Shown here: positions 43,550 to 53,718 of the stretch, in pieces
Layout of the letters: each line of letters begins with the position of its first letter
Position numbering within the stretch: the stretch's first letter is position 1
Assembly (NCBI GenBank): GCA_000004985.1
Contig: GG738893.1
Strand: one strand, 5' to 3'
DNA: 64,000 bases
Source of the DNA: Naegleria gruberi
Lineage: Eukaryota
Program-made: the position numbers and the translations under genes
The notes under the pieces: model-generated
What the model was told of the DNA's origin: nothing
Database searches by the model: none
The model's input: the letters and a program-made list of their open reading frames with translations, nothing else

Positions 43550-44509
43550 TTAATAATTGAGAGTTATATTAATATTCACATTAAAGAGAGTAGTACCATC
43601 AAATAAGGCAAATACGAAAGGTCCATCTCTTGATTGTTTGACTGTGAATTGCACAAGTTGATTTCTCTTGGCTTGGATTTGATAATTTGCATTGTTTGGA
43701 TTCAATTGATATAGAGAAGGATTGGTAGAATATAATAATTGATAAGGATATGAATAATTAATGCCTGTTAGTTGGAATTTGACATTGACAGGTGTATTTT
43801 TTGGAATGAAATCTTTCTTGAATTGGATGAGATTGATTGTTTGATCGAAATTCAAGTTACTAAGGGAGAGTGAATTATCTTTCAAGGAATATTCAGTAGT
43901 AAAGTGGGTAAACAATTTTGGAAGAATGGTTAATGAAGCTTTAGAGTTTGAAAATAAACTAAAGTAAACGATTGTGAAATTGTGGATATCTCTAGAGAAT
44001 GAAACAGTTGCATTCAATCCAGAAGATTGGGAAACTGAATTGGCAGGTGTTGGATAACCACTTCTCAAAGAAGCATATACAGTAACTCCATCAAACTGAT
44101 TCTTTCCAATAAACGAAACTTGTGCAATATCATTTTCAGAAACTTGTGGATCCAAACTCATGTAAACATTATTAATCTTTGCTGCATGTACTTCAAACAC
44201 ATGACCATCCACTATCTCACTTGCATCCTCTGGAGTATCCTCCAACAAACATGCAGTTCTATGTCCATTACTTCTCTTGGATGGACACACATAACATGAA
44301 CTAGCACCAAATATTCCAGAAACACTTCCATGTGCACAATCATGTGATTTATCATCACCTGGACAGAATTTTCCTGGTTCACACTGATGACATGGAATAA
44401 AACTAAATTGTTTGTAATATCCAGGACCACATTCACTTGTCAGGATTGAACATGTGAAACATGCAAGGATAACGAACAGTGTTAAAGAAAAACTGAGAGA
44501 TGGTTTCAT
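43550..44509 (-). CDS. Secreted cysteine-rich protein (signal peptide + approx 12-Cys module, then N/S/Q-rich region)
   Basis: MKPSLSFSLTLFVILACFTCSIL signal peptide. The module CGPGYYKQFSFIPCHQCEPGKFCPGDDKSHDC...CYVCPSKRSNGHRTAC is ephrin-receptor-like / TNFR-like. No confident family assignment. Confidence 0.4.
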   Translation of the reverse strand: MKPSLSFSLTLFVILACFTCSILTSECGPGYYKQFSFIPCHQCEPGKFCPGDDKSHDCAHGSVSGIFGASSCYVCPSKRSNGHRTACLLEDTPEDASEIVDGHVFEVHAAKINNVYMSLDPQVSENDIAQVSFIGKNQFDGVTVYASLRSGYPTPANSVSQSSGLNATVSFSRDIHNFTIVYFSLFSNSKASLTILPKLFTHFTTEYSLKDNSLSLSNLNFDQTINLIQFKKDFIPKNTPVNVKFQLTGINYSYPYQLLYSTNPSLYQLNPNNANYQIQAKRNQLVQFTVKQSRDGPFVFALFDGTTLFNVNINITLNY

Positions 44510-45888
44510 TGATGTTTTTTTACACTTCTTTTCAGTGTGGTCAGTTCAGGTTGACCAAGGAGAGAAATAAAAGAACGAGTCCATCCTATGATTGCAATCT
44601 TTTTGAAAATGCAAAGATTTAGAATAGAAATTTTGTCAAACTTGAACGGAGTTTCAGATAATCATTTGTTGGTATCCACTACATATCTGATTCCTTAACC
44701 GTCAACGAATTGTTTTCTTCTCCCTAATTCGAATAATGATTTCAATTACAAAACGAAACGGGAAGCCTGCCAGGAATATGGCGACTATCCCGCTGCAGTC
44801 TTTGACTGCATGAACAGTGAAAATAAAAAACAGAAGAGTCCTCAACTTTGAGGACCCTCAGTTCTTTTTGTGTTTGGGATAACACAGAGAGGATGAAGTT
44901 ATAGAATTGGACACATGGCTGTGGATTTATTGGTTTTGGTAGGTGTGGCCAAAGTGAACTTGGGTTGTGGTTTGGAAATTTAGAAATTAAAAAAGTTCAT
45001 TTCTTGTGGTTTGGATGGAAACAAATGTTGAATCTTCTCACCTGTTAATTAACCTTCACCAATGTACGCGTAAGTTCATTTTTTGTAACTCTCCAAGTTT
45101 GTTCCGCGATCATGGTATTTTGGAACTTTAAAGAATGGAAATGTTCAATGTTTGGATTTCAGTCATTATATGCAAGGAAGGATATTACGGATCTGACAAG
45201 GTTTTGTTCATGTTTCACTGCTTAAACTTGTAAATGTACTTGAAGAATACATTCGGATCAAATTGTAAATTTGTTGCAACATCTTCAGAATCAAATAATG
45301 TTAATGAAAATATCCAAGTCTCTAACATCACAAAAGCTAGTACCCGTATAAATTTTTGGAGTGGTTACAAGGACATCAACAAAAGCTAGTAAGGCAAAAT
45401 TTTTAAAAATTAAAAAATTGAAATCAATCTTCACCCACAAGCCTTTTTTCGGATCATGTTGAAGAACATGTTATCTTTAAAAGAAGTTTTGCAAGCGGAA
45501 TGTGATTGGCCTTAACTATTCAATTTATTCTCTAATGATCATAAAATAATTATTGTTTATTAAGAAAATACAACAGGTTGAAATTTTCCCCATCACCATA
45601 ATGGATTAATTTCACTTCGTTATAATCATCATTCCACATTATTTGATTCCAAATCATCATACAAAATTCCTAACAGCAATATTCAAAATAATTATTACGC
45701 TCCAAGTACTTGCTCAACCTTCCATAATCAACCTCCAGCACAAATTATAATCACAGCGCCTATTCTTATCCCATTTGATTATCATAATTTGTTTGTATTC
45801 TCAACTGGCCTGTCAACAATAGTAACTGCACACAATTAACATGTTCAGCTATCACATTTATTCTAATCATCAGTAAAAAAAAACGAAA

Positions 45889-47445
45889 ATGAAGTTGACA
45901 TCTGCCATTGTCATGGCCATTTTGATGGCTGTGCTTTACGCTACATATGTTACCGCTTCCACAGATTCATTCGATGCATTGACAGATGCCATGGTCGAAG
46001 CAATCTATGCCAGAAGATTACCTAGATCTGGTGGAGGTGCCAGAGGTGGCTCAAGAGGAGGTGCCAGAGGAGGTGCTCGTGGAGGATCAAGAGGTGCTAG
46101 AGGAGGAGCCAGAGGTGGATCTCGTGGTGGTGCCAGAGGTGGTGCTAGAGGAGGTTCTCGTGGTGCCAGAGGTGGATCTAGAGGTGGTGCCAGAGGTGGT
46201 GCTAGAGGAGGAGCCAGAGGAGGATCAAGAGGTGGAAAAGCTGGTAAAGCTGGTAAAGGAGGTAGAGGTGGATCTAGAGGTGGTAAGGCCGGAAAGGGAG
46301 GAAAAGCTGGTAAAGGAGGAAAAGGAAAAGCTGGTAAGGGAGGAAAAGCTGGTAAAGGTGGAAAAGGAAAAGGTGGAAAAGCTGGTAAGGGAGGAAAAGG
46401 TAAAGGAAAAGGAGGTAAGGGTAAAGGTGGTAAAGGAAAAGGTGGAAAGGGAAAGAAGGATAAGAAGGGAAAGAAAGACAAGAAGGGAAAGAAGGATAAG
46501 AAAGATAAGAAGGGAAAGAAGGACAAGAAGGATAAGAATCAACAACAACAAGGTGGAGAACAAGGAGGTCAAGATGGTGGTCAACCAGGAGGTGAACAAC
46601 CACAACAACCAGAACAAGGAGGTGAACAACCACAACAACCTGAACAACCACAAGAACAACCACCAGTTGAACAACCACAACCTGAACAACCACAACAACC
46701 TGAACAAGCTCCAGTTGAACAACCACAACAACCTGAACAACAAGCTCAACCAGAACAAGCTCAACAACCTGAAGTTGCTCAACCACAAGCTCAAGAACAA
46801 CAACCACAAGCTCCAGTTGAACAAACTCAACAACCAGCTCAACAAGCTCCTGTTGAACAACAACCAATTGCTCAACAACCAGCTCAAGAACAAGCTCCAG
46901 TTGCTGCCCAACCTGTTCAAGAACAACCACAAGTTGCTCAACCTCAAGTTCAACAACCTGAAGTAGCTCAACAAGTTGCTCAAGAAGGTCCACAACCAAT
47001 TGCTCAACCTGATCAACCACAACCAGATCAACAAGTTGCTCAACAAAACCCAGACTTCCAACGTGCTCCACAATATGGTGACAAGCAAAGAATTGAATAC
47101 TTGAGAGGAATGATCAAGAAGAATATTTCCCCACAAGTTGCTCAACCAGAACAACAAGTTGCTCAACCTGAAGTAGCTCAACAAGAAGTTCCACAACCAA
47201 TTGCTCAACCTGATCAAGTTGCTCAACCAACTGAACAAACTCAACCAGCTAGAAGAACTAGAAAGTACAACAGAGGTGGTAACAGAAGAGGTACCAGAAG
47301 AAATCAATTCTCTCAAATTCCTGAATTTGGTAGATATTTCTTGGGTAATCAAGCTAAGGCTCAAAATGGTGATAACGATAGAATCAACTTTTTGAGAGGT
47401 TTGATTGATTTGCTCATTGCTCAAACTAAAGCTCAACAAAATTAA
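45889..47445 (+). CDS. Secreted, extremely repetitive low-complexity protein: signal peptide, (GGARGGSRGG)n, (GKAGKGGK)n, (KKDKKG)n, Q/P/E-rich (QPEQPQ, VAQPE)n, basic C-terminal region
   Basis: MKLTSAIVMAILMAVLYATYVTAS signal peptide. There are more than 14 RGG-type decapeptide repeats, then Gly-Lys repeats, then Lys-Asp repeats, then approx 250 aa of Gln/Pro/Glu repeats. Two RI(E/N)(Y/F)LRG(M/L)I motifs occur near the end. Confidence 0.6.
   Translation: MKLTSAIVMAILMAVLYATYVTASTDSFDALTDAMVEAIYARRLPRSGGGARGGSRGGARGGARGGSRGARGGARGGSRGGARGGARGGSRGARGGSRGGARGGARGGARGGSRGGKAGKAGKGGRGGSRGGKAGKGGKAGKGGKGKAGKGGKAGKGGKGKGGKAGKGGKGKGKGGKGKGGKGKGGKGKKDKKGKKDKKGKKDKKDKKGKKDKKDKNQQQQGGEQGGQDGGQPGGEQPQQPEQGGEQPQQPEQPQEQPPVEQPQPEQPQQPEQAPVEQPQQPEQQAQPEQAQQPEVAQPQAQEQQPQAPVEQTQQPAQQAPVEQQPIAQQPAQEQAPVAAQPVQEQPQVAQPQVQQPEVAQQVAQEGPQPIAQPDQPQPDQQVAQQNPDFQRAPQYGDKQRIEYLRGMIKKNISPQVAQPEQQVAQPEVAQQEVPQPIAQPDQVAQPTEQTQPARRTRKYNRGGNRRGTRRNQFSQIPEFGRYFLGNQAKAQNGDNDRINFLRGLIDLLIAQTKAQQN
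46020..47230 (+). repeat. Coding tandem repeat array (30-nt GGARGGSRGG units, GKAGKGG units, KKDKK units, QPEQ-type units)
   Basis: ggtgccagaggtggtgctagaggaggatcaaga-type periodicity is directly visible. This region generates many spurious overlapping ORFs on both strands. Confidence 0.7.
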
Positions 47446-47813
47446 ATCTGAGTAAAATAAAGAGTAATGTTTAGATAAGATTTAAATTGAGCTAATTCAA
47501 TGCTTATATTTTTCATTCTCAATCACTTCAAAACCTGCTCTGTATTGAGAAAAATTAGTAAGGAAGAAATCTTCAATATAGAGTGCACAATTGATCATTC
47601 AGTTTGAGCACTATGAATACCTGTTGTTAAAAGTTCAGAGCATTCCTTTTTACAAAGAAAGTAGTCTTTCATATGTATGATTCTTCCAACAAAAGCACAA
47701 CTTATTATAAAATTGTTATATAATAACCGTAGTAGTGGATTGAATAGTCTCTTTCCTCCTGATTAAGGGAGTAGTTATAACCTTCAAATCAATTCAAAAA
47801 TTAACAAAAGATA

Positions 47814-47886
47814 CTCCCCCTGGTGGGCTCGAACCACCGACCTGCAGATTAACAGTCTGACGCTCTACCGACTGAGCTAAGGGGGA
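47814..47886 (-). tRNA. tRNA-Asn (anticodon GUU), 73 nt, no encoded CCA
   Basis: Minus-strand sequence TCCCCCTTAGCTCAGTCGGTAGAGCGTCAGACTGTTAATCTGCAGGTCGGTGGTTCGAGCCCACCAGGGGGAG. It folds as a 7-bp acceptor stem, D-arm GCTC/GAGC, anticodon loop CTGTTAA and T-arm GGTGG/TTCGAGC/CCACC. Confidence 0.85.
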
Positions 47887-48343
47887 TTATAGTTAGTGAA
47901 TTGCAGTTTGGATTAACACCACGAAGGTGCAGAACACATTGTGATTGTTTAAACACATTTTACAACAGTAGAGGGTTGGAATTATTGACATCAAAAAGTT
48001 CAACAATGGATGCTTTGAAAATCAGTCAATGAGGGCACAATTATTGAGATATGAACAAATTCTGGGCGAAATTTACAACATTTCCAAAACTACAGATTCA
48101 AGTTGGACAATATTTATCAAACTTGTAAGAAAGTTTTCAATTGCAAATAATATTCGAATAAAAATCAACTATTCATTCAATAATTATTCAATTTAGCATG
48201 TTTTTCGTTTTATTCCAAAACTTCAAGGGTGCCTTATTGACACAATAAAATTACAATTATTACTGGTACAATTAGTTCTCTAACGAAGATCCATCCAATA
48301 TTTACGCTGTGGATCCACAAAATCAAAATTCCAATTTGTTTAA

Positions 48344-48565
48344 CTAGCCATCCTGTGGTCCGTATCCCTTATTGGCACATTCCTGCTTTGAAGGAGCAAG
48401 CACCAACTCTACAATTGAAAATCTAATGTCATCATGTTTAATCAATTCACTCATGGCCGATCTATTATTGGCTCTTTTAATGTGATGTCCGAGGGATTTC
48501 CAAACTCCCTTTCCTTGTTTTCTGACAATTCCCTTTCTGCTATTGTTTGATCTGGTCATTTTCAA
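48344..48565 (-). CDS. Small basic hypothetical protein (73 aa)
   Basis: Isolated ORF MKMTRSNNSRKGIVRKQGKG... with no neighbouring exons. I recognise no family and it could be spurious. Confidence 0.2.
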   Translation of the reverse strand: MKMTRSNNSRKGIVRKQGKGVWKSLGHHIKRANNRSAMSELIKHDDIRFSIVELVLAPSKQECANKGYGPQDG

Positions 48566-49296
48566 TTATGTGTTTAGTTGTTGGGTGTTGAAGGTGGTTG
48601 TTTTTTTTGATTTTGTTTCTAAAAATAAATTTTTGAAGTGCGAAATTTATTGAAATTTGCAAGAAATATTTTTAGCAAATGGAAAATGATCGGAATTTAT
48701 TACAATGCAGTGAAAGGTTGTATCTCAATAAAAACATGATGATTGCTCAATATTACTTTAAAGAAGAAATGGATGGATTAAAGCAGGAATTGAAGAATGT
48801 TGTTACTGAGGGTGAACAAGAATGTTGACACACTGTACCAACTCCTATTAGAGTAATTATTAAGAGAAAAATATAATATTGTCCCTTAAAGATATGTCAG
48901 TTTTCATTCAGAAAGAGACAATTACAAGAACAGGAGATGTACCTGATTGTGTTTGCAAACTTTAACTACTCAGTGAAGATGTGGCTAATTGTCAACACCA
49001 TCCAATAAAAACATATTGCTGATATGTTATTCTTTACTCCATCTCAACGACAATCTGTAGTGAGAGTTGAAAAGAAGAAAACAATCTGATAACTTCCCAA
49101 ACATTCAAACTGAAAAACTCAAACTCTAAAAAGCACTTTCAAATTTGAGTTACAAAATTCATGGGTGATGAACTTTGAACAAATTTCAAAATCAAAAAAA
49201 AATTCCAAACTCAAAAGTGCACAAAAACCTTTCAGAGTTTCGGAACGATCACAAAAAACAATCATTAAATAATCGGATCAACGCATTGATAGTGTA

Positions 49297-50663
49297 ATGA
49301 CTTCTATTTTTAATTTTTTCAAGAGTGGAGGAGCCTATTCAAAGAGTAGTACTGGAGCAGTGACGAATAGTAGTAGTGAATCTTCATCTTCTTCTGATAC
49401 TAGTAATAATAATAGTAATAGTAATAATGGAACTCCTTTGAGTAATCCTCCGAGTGTTGATAATAACAATGTAAATAATGTATCACCGAATGTAAACACC
49501 ACCACCAATGAGCAAAAATCCATGACAAGTCAGATTGTTGAGGGAAAGAGCATGATTTTGTCAATTCAACCTGGAGAGAGACCACTTTTTGATTCTGTCG
49601 ATTTGGCAGAATTGATCAAGTTGAAGGAACATTTACAATACAAACCAAGTGTTTTGAATTTGATTGCTGTTTATCAGGCAGAGATTCAAAAACACGTCGA
49701 GTATGGTGTTAAAAAATCAAACAAGAAGGTGCAAAACTATCAGATTGAGCCAGCTCCAACAAACACAAAATATGTCTATCTCACATCATCTGGTTTGCCG
49801 GGAGTATTCTGTACAAATAATGATATGATTGATTATAGTCACTATCAAGCTATTTCGAAAGGAAGATGTGTTTCTCATTCTTTCGATTCACAAGAGTTAT
49901 CGAAAATTGAGGAAGTATTGAAAAAGCAAACCTCAATTTCAGAAAATTCAACAATTGTAAATAAGCGAAATGAATTGGAAAATTTAGAAAAGCAATACAC
50001 TCGATTGATGAAAGAAAAGGATAAATTATTGATCGATAGAGCAGCTGTTCTTTCACTTGAGGAATTGGCCATAATTGAAGCAGAGGAAGGTAGCATCAGA
50101 AGAACCAATGGAGAAGATAATGATGAATGGGAAATTGAAAGAAAGAAGAGAATTATAGAAAATGAAAGAAAATTGATTGAAAAAAGATTGGTCGAAGCTA
50201 AAAAGCACAAAAATGTTCGCTTCTACTGCAAGGGAGAATTAGACTATCTCACCAAATGGAATGACCACTTTGTCAAGACGAACAGTGAGACCACACCAAA
50301 AGGCGTAGACCAATTGCTGAGATACAATTTCAGTCCAACCAATGTCTTTGATTTAGGTGCAGAAGAGATTCACTTTAGATTTTGTGAATCCCAACTTCAT
50401 AGACTTGCCTCCTCTCCAATGTATGGCTCTTCTTATCCAACTGCCAGGGTCGTAAAGGTTGACTACATTGTCAATCCGGTTATTATGAAGAGATTTAATG
50501 CATGTAAGCAGGAATTGGCTGAAAAGCATGGCTTTATGCTTGAAAGTATGAAGCCATTGCTCTTATTCCATGGTACATCAGATGCCAATATGGAGAATAT
50601 CTTAAAGACCAATTTTTTATTGAACAAAATTGGAAGTACAACAGATATGGGATATTATGGAAA
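49297..50663 (+). CDS. PARP catalytic-domain protein, exon 1 (N-terminal S/N-rich region, coiled coil, start of ADP-ribosyltransferase domain)
   Basis: ATG at 49297. The C-terminal part LLLFHGTSDANMENILKTNF...GYYGK carries the H-G-T/S motif. Donor AA|GTAAGT at 50664. Confidence 0.6.
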
Positions 50664-50714
50664 GTAAGTTTCTTATTCTTATTTTGGATTTATTGACCTT
50701 TTTCTTAATAATAG

Positions 50715-50949
50715 AGGATTTTACTTTAGTGAATATCCTGGATTATCAATGGCCTATGCCAGAAATCAATATTTATTAATTTGTATGGTTTTGATTGGTA
50801 AGGCTTTCCACATGAATCAAGTAGAAACTGGTAGAGCTATCGAACCTGGCTATGATTCACACGTGGCTCCAGATGGTTGTAGTGAAGTTATTATTTTCAA
50901 TCCAGACCAAATCATTCCTCTTTACAAGATTGAATGGGCACAAAATTAG
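50715..50949 (+). CDS. PARP catalytic-domain protein, exon 2
   Basis: Acceptor aataatag at 50707–50714. The splice recreates YYGKGFYFSEYP (the Y-G-x-G-x-Y-F motif). The exon continues ...CSEVIIFNPDQIIPLYKIEW, which holds the candidate catalytic Glu. Stop at 50947–50949. Confidence 0.6.
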
Positions 50950-51022
50950 TGAATTACAATTAAAAAAAAGTTTCTCAGATTTGGAAACAACCTTTGCAAT
51001 ATTTTTATTGATAAAGTTAAAT

Positions 51023-52884
51023 TTATGCAAAGAAATATTCCAATTTCACACTATTCTTTCCATTTACACAATTCAATTGAGAATGATCAATGAATGGTCT
51101 AGTCAACACTTGACCATTCAATACTACTTTAAGAATTTTTGGAGAATCTGGCTTAAAGTTATAAGATTCAATAGACAAGAAACAACCATTCTCTCTCTCC
51201 ACCTGAATACTCTCAAACAATGGAGATCCAACAAAATATTCACTAGAACCAGCTCTTGGATACAAACCAAGTGCTGACCACACAAACCATGCACTCATCG
51301 TTCCATAATCGTTATTTCCAGGCAAACCATCTGGATTCACACTGTATAATCTATCCATCATTTGTCTCACATAGTATTGAGTCAAATCTGCTCTGTCCAC
51401 ATAGTTAAACAAGTACATGCTCATTAGATCATGTTCATTTCCTCCCCAATAGAATGGATTTGGCAATACGGTGAATGGAAAGTCGAAGGAATCTTTTGCG
51501 AATTGTTCCAGTGCAGCAGTGAACTTTTCCTTTGATCCAAACAGGGAAATTAATCGTGGAATATCGTGTGGAACAAAGAATCTATAATGCCAGGCATCAC
51601 CTTCGACATTATAGATTATCGACTGTCCCATCCATCGGCAAATGTTAATTCTGGACAATTCCACTTTCCAGAAATTGATTTTGGACAGAAGAATTGTTCC
51701 TTCTCGTGCCACACATTCTTATAGAATTGAGAACGAGCAGTAAAGTTCAAATAGTCTGCAGTTTCGTTAAGGACCTTAGCAACGGAGGCAATGCATGAAT
51801 CTTCGTAGGAATAATCTAGAGTGAGAACTGCTCCAACTTGGGCAGATTCTTCTGGGACAAAACCAAGAGAATTATATTGAGCTGGATTGACTCTTCCAAC
51901 ATAATTGACTGGTTCATTAGATGTCTTTTTCATTGCTTGATACGTCTTTTGCATATTAATCTTTGAACTTCTCAATTGACCTTTTAGGAATGCTTCTGTA
52001 ATGATAACAATTGCATGATTTCCAACCATTGAACCAGTTTCTCCATTACAGAAAGGCCACTTTGGAAGGAAACCAACTTGATCATTGACTCTTATCAATG
52101 GTATGTGAAATATCCAAAATGATAAAAGATTCTTTCGATTGATCGTTGAAAGTATATCTGTGAATTCCAGAATAATAGCCACTGGTCAATTCTTCATCAA
52201 TGTCATATCTTTCCAAAGTAGTTCTGAAATAACCTGGTTGAACAAATTGAGTTTCCTTATTATAGGCCCTTACTTTTTTGTCTTTCAACAAGAAATCATA
52301 ACTCAATTCTCCCTTATATAGACAAACTGGCATTATTCCAATATTTCCCATATCTGGAATTCCTGCACCTACCAAACGCATATGTGAATGTAATCATCTG
52401 GATAGTAGAAACCACCTGGATGCTCAAAAGAAATCTCCAAATCGAAAGTATTAGTAGTATCAGGTCCAACTCTAATCATTCCATAAGGAGTTTGAGCCAT
52501 TGGACTCATGGTTCCAGAACCAAAGCCCTTGCCAGTTCCAATGAATGGATTCACGTATTTCATATTCTTGTTGCTGTCCTTCTTGAATTTTCTTCCACTC
52601 TTTCCGTTATGTTGTTGTTGAGTTTGTCCAAGATTGTCTGGATGGCCATGGACACGATTTTCCATATCTTGATGATCATCATGATGCATAATATTAATTG
52701 ATGGTTGCTTCATCATTTGTTGATGTGAATAAAACCTCATATTTTGTCTTGGTTGTTGCTGTTGATGATTCATCATTTGTATCATTCTTGATTCTACCAA
52801 CGTGATGATAACAATCAAAATGATCAATAGCATCTGCAGAAGAACATTCGTACGAATCGAACCATCTCTCATCTTCCTATTCAT
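51023..52884 (-). pseudogene. Glycoside hydrolase family 92 (alpha-1,2-mannosidase-like) gene with N-terminal signal peptide and His/Gln-rich region, interrupted by three frameshifts
   Basis: GH92 signatures: NPFIGTGKGFGSGTMSPMAQTPYGMIRVGPDT, NVEGDAWHYRFFVPHD, DYGTMSAWFVWSALGLYP. The protein is spread over 4 overlapping minus-strand ORFs (52369..52884, 52082..52381, 51616..52182, 51023..51712). Homology continues directly across the overlaps, so there is no room for introns. Confidence 0.6.
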
Positions 52885-53247
52885 CTCAATTTTTTCGCTT
52901 AATATCTTCTTTCAATATTAGTGATGTTAGTGTTATCAAACGGGAAGATAAATTGTGAAGGTTCATCATTGGAACAGTTAGCTACTTGGATTTTAGGAGC
53001 AATTACTGCATTTTGGTGTTACTTGAAAGTGGACTGTTGGGAGATTTGGAATTTTATTGGTGTGGTTATTATTTGTTGATATTATTTGTAAAGAATTTCA
53101 GGTCAGAGTAAACTTTGTTGATTAGCTCTATACCCAAAGAATTTCAAGTAATACATGTTTATTTTTCAAAACTAGAGGAAAATTGCAAACGATTCATGTA
53201 TAAAAATGTACAGTAGCTCCAAAGTTGATTAAGATTAAAACAAAAGC

Positions 53248-53267
53248 TGCAGAAGGTGGGATTTGAA
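53248..53267 (-). tRNA. tRNA-Leu (CAA) 3' fragment: T-loop remainder, 3' half of T-stem, acceptor 3' strand and discriminator
   Basis: Minus strand TTCAAATCCCACCTTCTGCA. CCCAC pairs with the GTGGG in the 5' fragment. CTTCTGC pairs with the 5' acceptor GCAGGGG (5 Watson-Crick + 2 G-U pairs). This gives an 81-nt tRNA when joined. Confidence 0.6.
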
Positions 53268-53539
53268 GTTTGAATTTTAAAATATAAAAATATATGAAAA
53301 CAATACAATATTGATGAATAACCTCACGGTGTTTGATGAACAGTCATTTAAAGTTTAAATTTTAGAATTAAAATAATGAAAATAACATCAAATTATCAAT
53401 AGCCAAGGAGTAACCCCATGGTGTTTGATGAACAGTGACTAAAAATTTGAATTTTAGAATAATTTTATCAACAACCATAGAGTAATCCCACGATCTATTA
53501 CCATATATAGATAAAACCTTAATAAAAAAACAATAAAAT
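53268..53539. repeat. 272-bp insertion/tandem array of three degenerate approx 70–90-bp repeat units inside the tRNA-Leu T-loop, flanked by a 9-bp direct duplication GGATTTGAA (53259–53267 and 53540–53548)
   Basis: Units at approx 53268–53327, 53328–53419 and 53420–53492. Each starts with ggtg(t/g)(t/g)(a)tttga and ends with gagtaa(c/t)cccat(g) or similar. Repeated phrases include ggtgtttgatgaacagt and tttgaattttagaat. Confidence 0.6.
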
Positions 53540-53609
53540 GGATTTGAACCCACGAAGCTTGCGCAGTAGAACTTGAGTCTACCCCCTTTGACCACTCGGG
53601 AACCCCTGC
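53540..53609 (-). tRNA. tRNA-Leu (anticodon CAA), 5' portion (positions 1 to approx 64: acceptor 5' strand, D-arm, anticodon arm, long variable arm, 5' half of T-arm), interrupted in the T-loop
   Basis: Minus strand: GCAGGGGTTCCCGAGTGGTCAAAGGGGGTAGACTCAAGTTCTACTGCGCAAGCTTCGTGGGTTCAAATCC. It has the GAGTGGTCAAA D-loop typical of tRNA-Leu, anticodon loop CTCAAGT and a long variable arm. It then runs into AT-rich non-tRNA sequence. Confidence 0.7.
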
Positions 53610-53718
53610 TTCACATAAACAAAACCTTAATACGAGCAATTCTTTTAGATTTAGTGTAACCTAATTTATCGACAGATTGGTAAAAGATAGATATTTGTAA
53701 AGTTGTTTGGTTTTTTAT

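Noticed and set aside
45986-47439. Large overlapping ORFs on both strands (45986..46966 +, 46005..46526 -, 46225..47439 -, 46274..47071 -) inside the repeat-protein gene
   Set aside because: They are alternative-frame and antisense readings of the tandem RGG/GKAG/QPEQ repeats. Only the +1 frame has a signal peptide and coherent architecture. Simple-repeat DNA stays open in many frames.
53268-53539. Possibility that the three tandem repeats near the tRNA are a CRISPR-like or satellite array
   Set aside because: The units are diverged (roughly 60–80 percent identical), of unequal length, and lack a conserved repeat/unique spacer alternation. The genome is eukaryotic. The array is best explained as an insertion or duplication within the tRNA gene.
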